Source: Acaryochloris marina S15
GTDB taxonomy: Bacteria > Cyanobacteriota > Cyanobacteriia > Thermosynechococcales > Thermosynechococcaceae
NCBI RefSeq assembly: GCF_018336915.1
Contig: NZ_CP064923.1
Span: 870,001 to 902,000 of the forward strand
Direction of reading: 5' to 3'
Length of the DNA: 32,000 nt
Below, in pieces: positions 18,705 through 27,775 of this stretch (position 1 is its first letter; every line of letters begins with the position of its first letter). A program made the translations under genes and the position numbers. The notes under the pieces are model-generated. The model saw only the letters and a list, made by a program, of their open reading frames with translations. It had not been told where the DNA came from and did no database searches.

Positions 18705-19085
18705 ATGTTGAGTGACGATCAGAAAAATACCGTTCTAGCAGCAACTACAGCAGCAAGTAACCAATGGCAGTCCGCTTTTAATGCTGGCAATGCAGCCCTT
18801 TGTGCAGCTCAATATGAACCCACTGCGATTATGCATGCTAGACCCTTTGGCACCTTTACGGGTACGGCTGAAATTCAAGGCTTTTGGGAAAAGCTGATGG
18901 CCGATGGGTTCTCTGAGGTTGAATATTTAGACCCCAAGATTGAGGTGATGGATCAGACCCGTGCGGTCCTCACCTCTGGCTGGCAAATGAATAATGCCAA
19001 GGGGGTGATCCATAAAGAGCTTTGGGTTTTGCAAGCGGACGGTACTGCCAAGCTACGAGAAGACGACTTCGAAGCAATCGGCTAG
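18705..19085 (+). CDS. NTF2-like (SnoaL/DUF4440-type) small protein
   Basis: 126 aa. NQWQSAFNAGNAALCAAQYEPTAIMHARPFGTFTGTAEIQGFWEKL is the typical N-terminal helix pattern of the NTF2-like fold. Confidence 0.6.
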   Translation: MLSDDQKNTVLAATTAASNQWQSAFNAGNAALCAAQYEPTAIMHARPFGTFTGTAEIQGFWEKLMADGFSEVEYLDPKIEVMDQTRAVLTSGWQMNNAKGVIHKELWVLQADGTAKLREDDFEAIG

Positions 19086-19105
19086 CAAATTGAGAACAAC
19101 TCAAA

Positions 19106-19153
19106 ATGAAAACAATTGCGGTCCTAGGCTCAGGCGCAATGGGTTCCCGCTAG
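19106..19153 (+). pseudogene. 15-codon remnant of a Rossmann-fold dehydrogenase N-terminus (MKTIAVLGSGAMGSR*)
   Basis: A GxGxxG dinucleotide-binding start is cut off by a stop inside the palindrome at 19136-19178. Confidence 0.35.
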
Positions 19154-19178
19154 GATTATCCTAGCGGGAACCCATTGC
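19136..19178. repeat. 43-nt perfect palindrome (21-nt arms around nt 19157)
   Basis: gcaatgggttcccgctaggat-t-atcctagcgggaacccattgc, read directly. No T-tract follows it. Confidence 0.95.
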
Positions 19179-19219
19179 ACTAGCGAGACGGAATAGATGA
19201 ACAGTTACACAAGCACGAT

Positions 19220-19510
19220 TTAGTTGTTAACGTTAAAACCGTCTAGATTGGCTCCAGGGTTTTCTGTATCTAGTGTTGCAAACTGCTGAGAATTAAAAGA
19301 TAAGGCACCGTTGGTATTGTCAAAGGAAAATAGATCGTTACTCGTTGCACCAAATTCGGCTGCGTTAATTCGAATTTCATCAACTCGCACTGTGAAATTT
19401 TCGATGATATCAAGGCTCGTTAACAAAGTATTGAAGACGAATGTATCGTTTCCATCCCCACCGATTAATGATCTGTACCGTCATCAGTCAGCACTTTATC
19501 AACTGTAGAC
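19220..19510 (-). pseudogene. C-terminal remnant of an RTX-type calcium-binding repeat protein, frameshifted
   Basis: The minus strand reads ...DKVLTDDGTDH* in one frame. The adjacent frame continues SLIGGDGNDTFVFNTLLTSLDIIENFTVRVDEIRINAAEF..., which is a GGxGxD nonapeptide plus the typical RTX tail. No upstream body of the gene is present. Confidence 0.6.
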
Positions 19511-19514
19511 AATG

Positions 19515-20095
19515 TTTCACCTGTGATTGGATCTATGCCTCCTGATGGCGCAACGATAGCAGCGATCGCACTCTCAAGCTTTGGGATGCAAGCTCTGGGA
19601 ATTTCCAGCATACATTGAACGGACATCACCGCCAGATCTGGTCCGTGAGCTTTAGTCCTGATGGTCAGTGGGTTGCCAGCGGGAGTAGCGATCGCACGGT
19701 GAAACTTTGGAACGCAGAGACTGGCGTATGCTATGCCACTTTGGAAGGGCACCATAGTCTAATTTCATCAGTTGCTTTCCATCCCCATCTGCCCATCTTG
19801 GTATCCGGGAGGGGACGATGGACAGATCTAGCTCTGGAACAATATATAGCAACGCTGGGAGTTACCTCTGCTTGGGCATACAGCATGTATCTGGTCCATT
19901 ACATTTAGTCGTGATAGCAAAATACTGTGTAGCGGTTCACAAGATGGCACGACGCAGCAATGGAATATCGAAGCGAGACAGTGCAGCAATATGCTACAGC
20001 CCCCAAGACTCTATGAAGACTTAAATATTATGGATTCAACGGGCTGAAACATCGCTCAGATAGAAACACTCAAGGCTTTGGGGGCCAAAATATAA
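19515..20095 (+). pseudogene. WD40-repeat protein remnant (C-terminal repeats) with several frameshifts and stops
   Basis: SSDRTLKLWDASSGNFQHTLNGHHRQIWSVSFSPDGQWVASGSSDRTVKLWNAETGVCYATLEGHHSLISSVAFHP is followed by shifted frames containing ...SGSQDGTTQQWNIEARQC...PRLYEDLNI. The terminal NIAQIETLKALGAKI* is a typical cyanobacterial WD40 C-terminus. Confidence 0.75.
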
Positions 20096-20642
20096 AGTCC
20101 GGCCAGTGAACGGGGCATCACCCTGGTCGCTTACCTGGACTAACAGGTAGGTCTCCCTTTGGCCATGGGTGAAGGTATTGCATTCTCAAAATCATTTATT
20201 TCAAGGGCTTCGTGAACATAGCTGTAATCTGATTACGCCTCCAAGCCATCTTGGGCGATCAAGCCAGAGGAGAAACAATAAGCCTTCAGATTACTCTGAT
20301 TGCTCATGATACTGTTACCCGACGTTGAACCGCACCAACACAACTACACACACAAAATGTGTTCACAATCACTTTAAAAATGGTCATATATCACTGAATA
20401 CCTCTAAAACGAGTGTTCTAATTCAGATAGAAATCAGTTCACACCACTCTTTAGTCATAATTCACTATTTATCTTCTAAAAAGAATTTATTGCATTAGAT
20501 AGAAGCCTGAGAAGTATCAGACTTAACCCAATGAGTTAACGATACTTGTCTTGAGTTTTACCCAGGATATCTGCACCAATCAGAAGGTTGCTTCAACAGG
20601 CAGCAAAGCACTCAATTGATCAATATTTCAAGGAGATTAGGT

Positions 20643-21008
20643 ATGTCCGGGATATTCCAAGATAGTAAAGGCAAGCAATCCTCAGGAAGGCTGCAGACCA
20701 CCGCATCGGTATTGGTGGGACTTGGCCTCGCCATTACCCTGGCTGCTGGAGAATGGCGAGGAAAAGCTTTTTCAGAAAACCTATATATCCTAACTGGGGC
20801 CTTGACGATTGGCGGCGCAGGCATGAAGGGCTTACAAAAATTTTCAGAGCATGACAAACAGCCTCAATCCGCTGCACCACCCACAAAAGTAGCAGCCCCT
20901 CAAATCGTAGCTGTGCCATCTACCGAGGTGGTTTCAACTTCCTCTAAAGTCATCAAGATTCAAACCCCTGAAAAAGAATTAACCGCCGTTTTACAGGAGG
21001 GCTGGTAA
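20643..21008 (+). CDS. Holin-like small membrane protein (two TM helices, proline/alanine-rich tail)
   Basis: ATG 20643 is preceded by aaggag. TM1 is TTASVLVGLGLAITLAAG and TM2 is LYILTGALTIGGAGM. Its stop overlaps the next start (TAATG at 21006-21010). The holin role is inferred from topology and context only. Confidence 0.45.
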   Translation: MSGIFQDSKGKQSSGRLQTTASVLVGLGLAITLAAGEWRGKAFSENLYILTGALTIGGAGMKGLQKFSEHDKQPQSAAPPTKVAAPQIVAVPSTEVVSTSSKVIKIQTPEKELTAVLQEGW

Positions 21009-22516
21009 TGCCATTTATTACAGCGAAAAAGAATACTCTCCTAGCCCCCTTACCCAACCAACCCCACCTTCAGCCCTTAAATCGATTAGCAAAAGTGTAT
21101 GAAGGAGGAATCCTAGGCATCATTAAAGTGTCTGCCGTAAATTCACAGTTGGCGGAGATTACCTTAGCAGGCCCCTATACCTGGCATGACCATTACCCAA
21201 CGATTGAAACAGGTGTCACACGATATATCAATCCAGTATCGTGGCATATTCCAGAGGATGCCTGGGAGAAACCAGAAGTCCCTGCCTTGCCCGCCCCCAC
21301 TTCTAACCTCTCCCAACCAGAGACTCCAGGGATTCCCTTGCTACCACCAGAGGTCGCCCAACTCAACCACTTCTACGAAGGCTGTCAAAGGAAATTAGCG
21401 GATGGGCGAATTCAAGCTTATCCCGATCCCAGAGCCGGAAGTGGTGGGCTACCCGTAACGATTGGCTGGGGCAGTACCTATTACAAAGATGGTTCTGCCA
21501 TCCAGATGGGAGACATCATTACCCAAACCGAAGCAGATGAATTATACGATTACATTTGCCACAAGGATTTTTGGATCAAGTTGCAATCGACCATCCCTTA
21601 CTGGGACGACATGACCCATCAACAGCGGGCCGCTTTAACCAGCTTTGCCTATAACAATGGCGCTGATTTTTACGGTTCCCCCAACCATAGAACCATCACA
21701 CGCAACTTAAAAGAAAAAGATTGGCAGGCGGTCCCTGGCACCCTGATGATGTACCGTAACCCCGGCGAAAATGTAGAAGTGGGGTTAGGTCGCCGCCGAT
21801 ATGCCGAAGCTAAAGTCTGGTGTGGTGAAGTGCCAACGACCGCTTGTGCCGCCGCTGCCCAGGAAATTCAGACTGCCCAGGACTGCGAACCCATTGAACA
21901 GCGGCTCAAAACCAACCCACCGGCGGTGGCAGGTTTTGAATCTATGGTAACCATCTCAACACCAATCCAACCTTCTGGTCCTCGGCAGCTCCATGTTATA
22001 GCAGGGATGAAAGGCCCAAAGTCTCATCCAGATGCCCATGGCTTTAAACCCGGAGACTATCATCTAGTGGCCAATGATGCCGTAGGGAAGATCAAGTGCT
22101 ATGACTATGACGGTACTTTGATGTGGGAATTATCATGTCTCTGTCGCGGTCAGTTTGAGGACAATTACTTTGGCAAACATGGAGATACCCCGGCAGGTCT
22201 CTACAAATGTGGGCAAATCTATCGGGACTATGAGCAAGCGGGTGACCATGCTGGCTATACCCGCGACCGCATGTCTTATGGCTGGTTTAGTTTTGATCTG
22301 GTTGAACTAGAAAGCCAAGAAGCTAATCTGGGTCGGGCAGGGATTATGATCCATGGCGGCGGCAGTGGTTGCGGATGGCCAGGCGCATGGAAACCGAAGC
22401 AACCTATGTTCGCAACCCTAGGCTGTATCAGAATGTATAACCAAGATCTACGAGACAAAGTTGTGCCCTTATATGATCAGCCCGGCGCCACCCTTTTTGT
22501 CAGTGTCTATCAGTAG
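21008..22516 (+). CDS. Two-catalytic-domain cell-wall enzyme: GH24 (phage-type) lysozyme plus YkuD-like L,D-transpeptidase domain
   Basis: The GH24 pattern is FYEGCQRKL...AYPDP....LPVTIGWGST...QQRAALTSFAYNNG (E/D/T catalytic arrangement). The C-terminal part GDTPAGLYKCG...AGIMIHGGGSG...ATLGCIRMYNQDLRDKV matches the His...GC[IV]R motif of L,D-transpeptidases. The N-terminal ~110 aa are unassigned. Confidence 0.85.
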   Translation: MPFITAKKNTLLAPLPNQPHLQPLNRLAKVYEGGILGIIKVSAVNSQLAEITLAGPYTWHDHYPTIETGVTRYINPVSWHIPEDAWEKPEVPALPAPTSNLSQPETPGIPLLPPEVAQLNHFYEGCQRKLADGRIQAYPDPRAGSGGLPVTIGWGSTYYKDGSAIQMGDIITQTEADELYDYICHKDFWIKLQSTIPYWDDMTHQQRAALTSFAYNNGADFYGSPNHRTITRNLKEKDWQAVPGTLMMYRNPGENVEVGLGRRRYAEAKVWCGEVPTTACAAAAQEIQTAQDCEPIEQRLKTNPPAVAGFESMVTISTPIQPSGPRQLHVIAGMKGPKSHPDAHGFKPGDYHLVANDAVGKIKCYDYDGTLMWELSCLCRGQFEDNYFGKHGDTPAGLYKCGQIYRDYEQAGDHAGYTRDRMSYGWFSFDLVELESQEANLGRAGIMIHGGGSGCGWPGAWKPKQPMFATLGCIRMYNQDLRDKVVPLYDQPGATLFVSVYQ

Positions 22517-22714
22517 GGACATGCTTTGGAGGATGGCAGGGGAAAGCTTCATTGGGTGATGGTGGCTTACTTCCCCAGAATCGAATGAGTATAGGGTTCA
22601 ATCGCTTTTCAAGGAGGTCTGTCCGAATCAGAGGCAGTAATGTATGGGGGATGAGGGCTTGAGTTGAGCTGTACCTCCCCGGCTAAAAGTCACTACTAAA
22701 AGAGATTTCAAGCA

Positions 22715-22740
22715 TTTTTGGACTCAAACCTCCCAAACCT
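22715..22740. repeat. Core of direct repeat R1, left copy (upstream of the hydrolase gene)
   Basis: tttttggactcaaacctcccaaacct matches attttgaactcaaacctcccagaaatt at 23814-23840. Weaker similarity extends over about 22683-22760 versus 23783-23880. Confidence 0.6.
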
Positions 22741-22774
22741 AAATTTATTATTCTCTAACAACTAAGGAACTAAG

Positions 22775-23710
22775 ATGACACAGAGCATTGCAGGTATATC
22801 TGGTCAGATCTGGGATGAGTATTATGCAGAATTTAAAGATTACTTTAGCCGTGATCTAGTCAGGGATGGCTGTCATCCCTTGATTTTCGAGCAGGCTGAC
22901 CCCACTGACAAAGCAATCGTGTTGGTTCACGGTTTGTCTGATTCCCCTTATTTTATGAGCGCGATTGGGGAGTATTTCTATCAAAAACTAGGGTATAACG
23001 TCTACATGCCGCTTCTGCACTTTCATGGTTTAAAGGACCCCCAGGGGATGGAAGGCGTAGAGCTAGAAGAGTGGAAAGCGAATGTTAGGTTTGCCATCAA
23101 TGTGGCCGAAGGCAAGGCCAAAACAGTTTCCATCGGAGGCTTATCGATGGGCGGAGCCCTGAGCTTTTATATGGCAGCAACTAGCCCTAGAATTGACGGC
23201 GCACTATACCTATTTTCTGCCACCCTTGATTTAGCAGATGGCCACTTTGGGTCTTTGGGCGAATTGAAGGAGCGAATACTGAGAACCTTTTGGCCTGATC
23301 TGGTGGACCCTATCCTAGAGAGAATATCCCCCCCTTTAGTGAGTGATGACAATCCTTATGGTTATACCCATGTTGATCTGGATGGGGCTCAAGAACTAGC
23401 GAGGCTGATTAAGGAAACCGATAGTCTACTCAAGGGATTCAGTTCTAAGGCACCGTTTGCCAAGCGAGTATTTGCTGCTCATTCTGAGTCTGACACTACA
23501 GCTGGCTTAGAGGGGATTCGGGAACTGCAATCTGTGTCAGATCCGGCTCTATTCCACCCCTATATTTTCCCCAAGGCATGGGAAATTTCCCATGCTAGCG
23601 TTGTCCTCAAAGATCCCATTATGAATACAGAGGGGCAGATCTCAAAGAACGCAAATCCCCGATTTACAGAGATGATGTCAGCGATTAAGAATTTCCTAGA
23701 TGGGAATTGA
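22775..23710 (+). CDS. Alpha/beta-fold hydrolase (esterase/lipase-like)
   Basis: The oxyanion region is VLVHGLSDSPYFM. The nucleophile elbow is GLSMGG (GxSxG). A late His (ISHASV) is also present. Confidence 0.85.
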   Translation: MTQSIAGISGQIWDEYYAEFKDYFSRDLVRDGCHPLIFEQADPTDKAIVLVHGLSDSPYFMSAIGEYFYQKLGYNVYMPLLHFHGLKDPQGMEGVELEEWKANVRFAINVAEGKAKTVSIGGLSMGGALSFYMAATSPRIDGALYLFSATLDLADGHFGSLGELKERILRTFWPDLVDPILERISPPLVSDDNPYGYTHVDLDGAQELARLIKETDSLLKGFSSKAPFAKRVFAAHSESDTTAGLEGIRELQSVSDPALFHPYIFPKAWEISHASVVLKDPIMNTEGQISKNANPRFTEMMSAIKNFLDGN

Positions 23711-23813
23711 GTCAAAATACGGAGCCGAAATGTTTTGCCATAGAGAGAGCCAACCAATCGACGAGATTAGGATATAGGGACCTGAAAAGCCTGCTGTCAA
23801 AGTGTCTAGATCT

Positions 23814-23840
23814 ATTTTGAACTCAAACCTCCCAGAAATT
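23814..23840. repeat. Core of direct repeat R1, right copy (downstream of the hydrolase gene)
   Basis: See the left copy at 22715-22740. Confidence 0.6.
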
Positions 23841-24023
23841 CCTATAGAGTCGCGATCTGACTTGAATTTTTAGTTCTCTATCATATCGGTAGCTGAATTA
23901 TGCAAGAGGTCTACTCATTCACCGATGCTCCCAATTCATTTAGTAGAAAAAGATTTCTGATATATGCTGCAATCAGCAAACTTTATTGAGGTTTCGATGC
24001 CCACAGTTTCTGCCGTTCGGGGT

Positions 24024-24186
24024 GTGTATCAGGATGCGATCGCACCAGGATACAGTGCAGACAACATTACTGGCATCATTCAACTCTTCGCGAAGTCTTA
24101 GCACCTTGCAGCTCTTTTACTGGATACAAATTTCAATGCTGTTCCCTGGGGCCAAATCAACCGTCACAACAGATCGAAAACATCAG
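24024..24186. repeat. Direct repeat R2, left copy (downstream of sbtB)
   Basis: About 75-80% identity by eye to 26181-26337. An example block is gtgtatcaggatgcgatcgcaccaggatacagtgcagacaa versus gtgtatgaggatgcgatcgcacaagaatacggtgcagacaa. A later block is aaatttca...aaccgtcacaa. Confidence 0.75.
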
Positions 24187-24257
24187 AAACTTGTCGTCCT
24201 GCGGCCCCCCAACAGCCGGGGGGATGCTCCAGATGTTGGGGGCTGCGTCACCTGGAT

Positions 24258-24635
<378 letters not shown>

Positions 24636-24725
24636 TCAGAAAAGCGGCAGCAGCGCGTTATCGCGCTGATCTATCCGTCGTGTTGGTTACCAGGCCAGCG
24701 GAGTACTGGCTCAGTAACCTGTGGA

Positions 24726-25790
24726 TCAGCTACCCATCAGTGTCTGGGCAAGTCCGATAAAGAGCGGTATTCCTATCGCAAGGGCAACCGGCGTGCCGAC
24801 GGCTGTAGACGAGCCGATGTAGGCAGAGGGATTAGCCGACGGGATGCCAGCTCGTAAAGTGGGTGGCCCTGAGATGTCTGAACTAGAGGAGGCGATGACG
24901 GCCAGAATCACACAGCCGCCAGGGCTAAATCCTGTCGTGTAGTGGGCAATCATACCGAAACCGAAGGCGATAAGCCCATGCAGTAGTGGCGCGATTGCAG
25001 CATAGAGAGCGTACCACTGGCCTACCTTGCGCAGCTCGCCAATCCTTGCCGTGGCCTCCATCCCCATAACCAGCATCAGGATCGAAAGCAGGCCGCGGAA
25101 GAGGGGATTGAAGAAGCTCTCATAGACACTTTCTGGCCGGGTTAGTATGCCTAGGGCCAGACCGAGTAGCAGGGCCGATAGGGCCGAGCCCTGCAAGCTT
25201 TCCTTGACGATGGGCCATATCTTGACCCGTTTGCTCTTGCGGCGATACTTAACTGGGCTGCCGAGAGACTCCTGCTTACTGAGAGCTTCGTCTGCGGTAT
25301 CGTACTGCTTGCTGGTATAAACGCTAGCCAAGACAATCGCAGTCACAAGGGCTGGAATATCCATAAAGGGATAGAGGGCAGCGGCCCAGGGTTCATATTG
25401 GATACCTTCCGTTTCCATTAGGGTCAGGGCCGCGGCGAGGGTAGAGCCACTCACAGCACCAAACAAGCCCGCGGTCGCGATCGCATCCACGGTCTTAACG
25501 TTCGGCATCTTGGCCAAGGTGTAGCGTCCGATGAACACGATTAGGATCCCCACGACCATGGCGAATACCGCGGGCAACAGCATCTCCGCCAGATTAGCGT
25601 TGCGGATCGCAATGCCACCGCTCAGGCCGACTTTTATCAGCAGCATAAAGACGATGAACTTATAGATCGCATCTGGAATTTGCAGGCGGCTATTGACGGC
25701 GGCAACGACCATCCCACCAATCAGAAAGCCAAGGGTTGGAGACTGCAACTTCGCCAGGAAGAGCGTCATGAAATCGGACAAAAAATCCAC
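24726..25790 (-). CDS. sbtA: Sodium-dependent bicarbonate transporter SbtA
   Basis: MDFLSDFMTLFLAKLQSPTLGFLIGGMVVAA...FMLLIKVGLSGGIAIRNANLAEMLLP closely resembles the Synechocystis SbtA N-terminus as I remember it. It has about 10 TM helices in two inverted halves with a central cytoplasmic loop. Confidence 0.92.
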   Translation of the reverse strand: MDFLSDFMTLFLAKLQSPTLGFLIGGMVVAAVNSRLQIPDAIYKFIVFMLLIKVGLSGGIAIRNANLAEMLLPAVFAMVVGILIVFIGRYTLAKMPNVKTVDAIATAGLFGAVSGSTLAAALTLMETEGIQYEPWAAALYPFMDIPALVTAIVLASVYTSKQYDTADEALSKQESLGSPVKYRRKSKRVKIWPIVKESLQGSALSALLLGLALGILTRPESVYESFFNPLFRGLLSILMLVMGMEATARIGELRKVGQWYALYAAIAPLLHGLIAFGFGMIAHYTTGFSPGGCVILAVIASSSSDISGPPTLRAGIPSANPSAYIGSSTAVGTPVALAIGIPLFIGLAQTLMGS

Positions 25791-25988
25791 TTTGTAATTC
25801 CTCCTTCTTTCTCCTCTAGCGAGGAGTTGTGATTGTGATAAGTAAGCTTTTTTAAAGGTTGAAGAAAGTAGAAGACGAAGCGCTTCATCTCCTATTGCAC
25901 AGGTGTTATCAGAAAACCTGTCGCCAGGGTATCCAGAGATGGCCGTTCTCTAAACGATGTTGGAGGGCAATGCTGCAGAACAGTATTA

Positions 25989-26010
25989 TTAATAGAGTAA
26001 AATCTATTAA
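25989..26010. promoter_or_regulatory. Palindrome TTAATAG-N8-CTATTAA about 200 bp upstream of sbtA (candidate NdhR/CcmR-type operator)
   Basis: Read directly. It contains ATAG-N8-CTAT, the motif I recall being reported for the LysR-type repressor NdhR, which controls sbtA in model cyanobacteria. Confidence 0.35.
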
Positions 26011-26180
26011 GAAAAGAATCTTTATATACTTAAGTCTATATTGAAAAGTGCGCCATTTTTTGGCTTCCACCACGAATTAGCGAAGCAATCTTAAATCTCA
26101 ACTAAAAGAAAAACTTATAACTCCAGAGATTTAATATTGCTTTGGTTATGTAAATTGTGGTGTTAATTCGATAGGGGGGA

Positions 26181-26337
26181 GTGTATGAGGATGCGATCGC
26201 ACAAGAATACGGTGCAGACAAAATCACCGACGTGATTCAACGGTTTCCCTAACCTCATGCTCTGAGCCAGGGAGACCCTAAATTTCACTTCTGTCCCCTA
26301 CAGTCAAATAAACCGTCACAATAAATGTGTGGATCAG
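26181..26337. repeat. Direct repeat R2, right copy (between the sbtA promoter region and the P450 gene)
   Basis: See the left copy at 24024-24186. Confidence 0.75.
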
Positions 26338-26361
26338 TGATGAAGCCTGAGGATGTGATAG

Positions 26362-27747
26362 ATGAGTGAAGTATTGGTTCTAGAGACAGAGCAAACTCCC
26401 CCTACTGGAACCCAGTCCCCCCCTCGCAAACCGAAGTGGACCGATACCCTCGCTTACATCGCCAATCCCGATCAATTTTGTCGCCACAACCTGAAGGAGC
26501 ATGGTCCTATTTTTAGGACGAGCGTGTTTGGAGGCACCACCATTTTTGTCGGCTCAGCTCAGGCAGTGAAAATGGCCCTTAATGGTGACCTCCGCTATAC
26601 GGAAATTGGTCTTCCCCAAACCACCATGACTATGTTTGGAGAATATAGTCTGTTTCAACGTCCGGATGTACATCGACAACGCAAAAGTTCCTTACGAGCA
26701 GGCTTAGCAGGGCAAGCCATCCAGGGCTATATTCCTCAAATTAATGATGTGATTGTTCAAGGACTCCAAGCTTGGCCAGACCTAGGAGACATTGCCCTGT
26801 TCCCAGCCGTAGAGCAGATCTGTTTTGATGCTTTAGTCCCCCTATTGCTGGGCGTAGAGCTAAAGGATGCTTACTTTCAAGGACTCCCCATTTCTTCCAA
26901 AACAGAACTCAAACAAGTCTACAAAACCTTTTTTGATGGCTTCTATGGTTTAGTCCCCTGGCGTTCATCTCTAACCACGTTTGGTCGGGGTCTCCAAGCA
27001 CGCGCTCGTCTGATCGAATTTATGCAGGCCGTGATTCGAAGACGGAAATCTGAGGCTAACTTGGATCCTGCCTCAGATTTCCTGTCCATGATGTTGGTGA
27101 GTCAAGCAGCAGATCCAGACAGTGTATTTAGTGACACCTTCATCGAGAATCAATGCTTATTGCAGTTATGGGCATCCCACTATGAAATCAGTGGCTTAGT
27201 CTCATCCTGGATATATCAACTGGGCCTTCATCCTGAGCATTTTTCCGACCTCCAAGCTGAACAAAAAACGATACAAGACGAAGCGTCTACCCCAATCACA
27301 AGTGACCCACTCAAAATGGCCTCATTTCTGGAAGCCACTATTCAAGAAACACTGCGCACTCTCCCCCCTTCATCTACCGCTAACCGTCGCCTTACCCAAT
27401 CCGTAATTTTAGACGGCGTACTCTATGAAAAAGGGTGGACCTTAATTGCAGAGCCCAGGATTGCCCATATCCTGCCAGAACATTTTTCCCAACCTGATGC
27501 CTATCACCCCCATCGGTTTATGGAGGATGCCAACTCCAGAGAGAAATATGCTTATATCCCCTTTGGGGGTGGGGTTCATGCTTGTTTAGGCGCTCAGCTC
27601 GCGATGGTCGTAGCCAAAATTTTTGCTAGCCATCTGTTGCGCCAGTTTGAATGGCAGGTGCAAGATACAGCATCCTTTGTGCAATTCCCCTTGAAGAAAA
27701 TAAAAGACAACTACACCATCCCCATATCTCGACTCCAACAGCAATAG
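26362..27747 (+). CDS. Cytochrome P450 (CYP120-like)
   Basis: The heme-binding loop is FGGGVHACLGAQLA (FxxGxxxCxG). The ExxR motif is ETLR. Length and overall layout are typical. Confidence 0.92.
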   Translation: MSEVLVLETEQTPPTGTQSPPRKPKWTDTLAYIANPDQFCRHNLKEHGPIFRTSVFGGTTIFVGSAQAVKMALNGDLRYTEIGLPQTTMTMFGEYSLFQRPDVHRQRKSSLRAGLAGQAIQGYIPQINDVIVQGLQAWPDLGDIALFPAVEQICFDALVPLLLGVELKDAYFQGLPISSKTELKQVYKTFFDGFYGLVPWRSSLTTFGRGLQARARLIEFMQAVIRRRKSEANLDPASDFLSMMLVSQAADPDSVFSDTFIENQCLLQLWASHYEISGLVSSWIYQLGLHPEHFSDLQAEQKTIQDEASTPITSDPLKMASFLEATIQETLRTLPPSSTANRRLTQSVILDGVLYEKGWTLIAEPRIAHILPEHFSQPDAYHPHRFMEDANSREKYAYIPFGGGVHACLGAQLAMVVAKIFASHLLRQFEWQVQDTASFVQFPLKKIKDNYTIPISRLQQQ

Positions 27748-27775
27748 AGGCTGGAGCAATCCCCGTTTCTAAATC

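Noticed and set aside
19465-19755. Minus-strand ORF of 96 aa
   Set aside because: Most of it is antisense to clear WD40 repeat sequence on the plus strand. Only its last ~12 codons plausibly belong to the RTX remnant.
24198-24225. C6...G6 hairpin (cccccc-aacagcc-gggggg) just downstream of sbtB as a terminator
   Set aside because: The stem is only 6 bp and no U-tract follows on the minus strand, so it does not convince as an intrinsic terminator.
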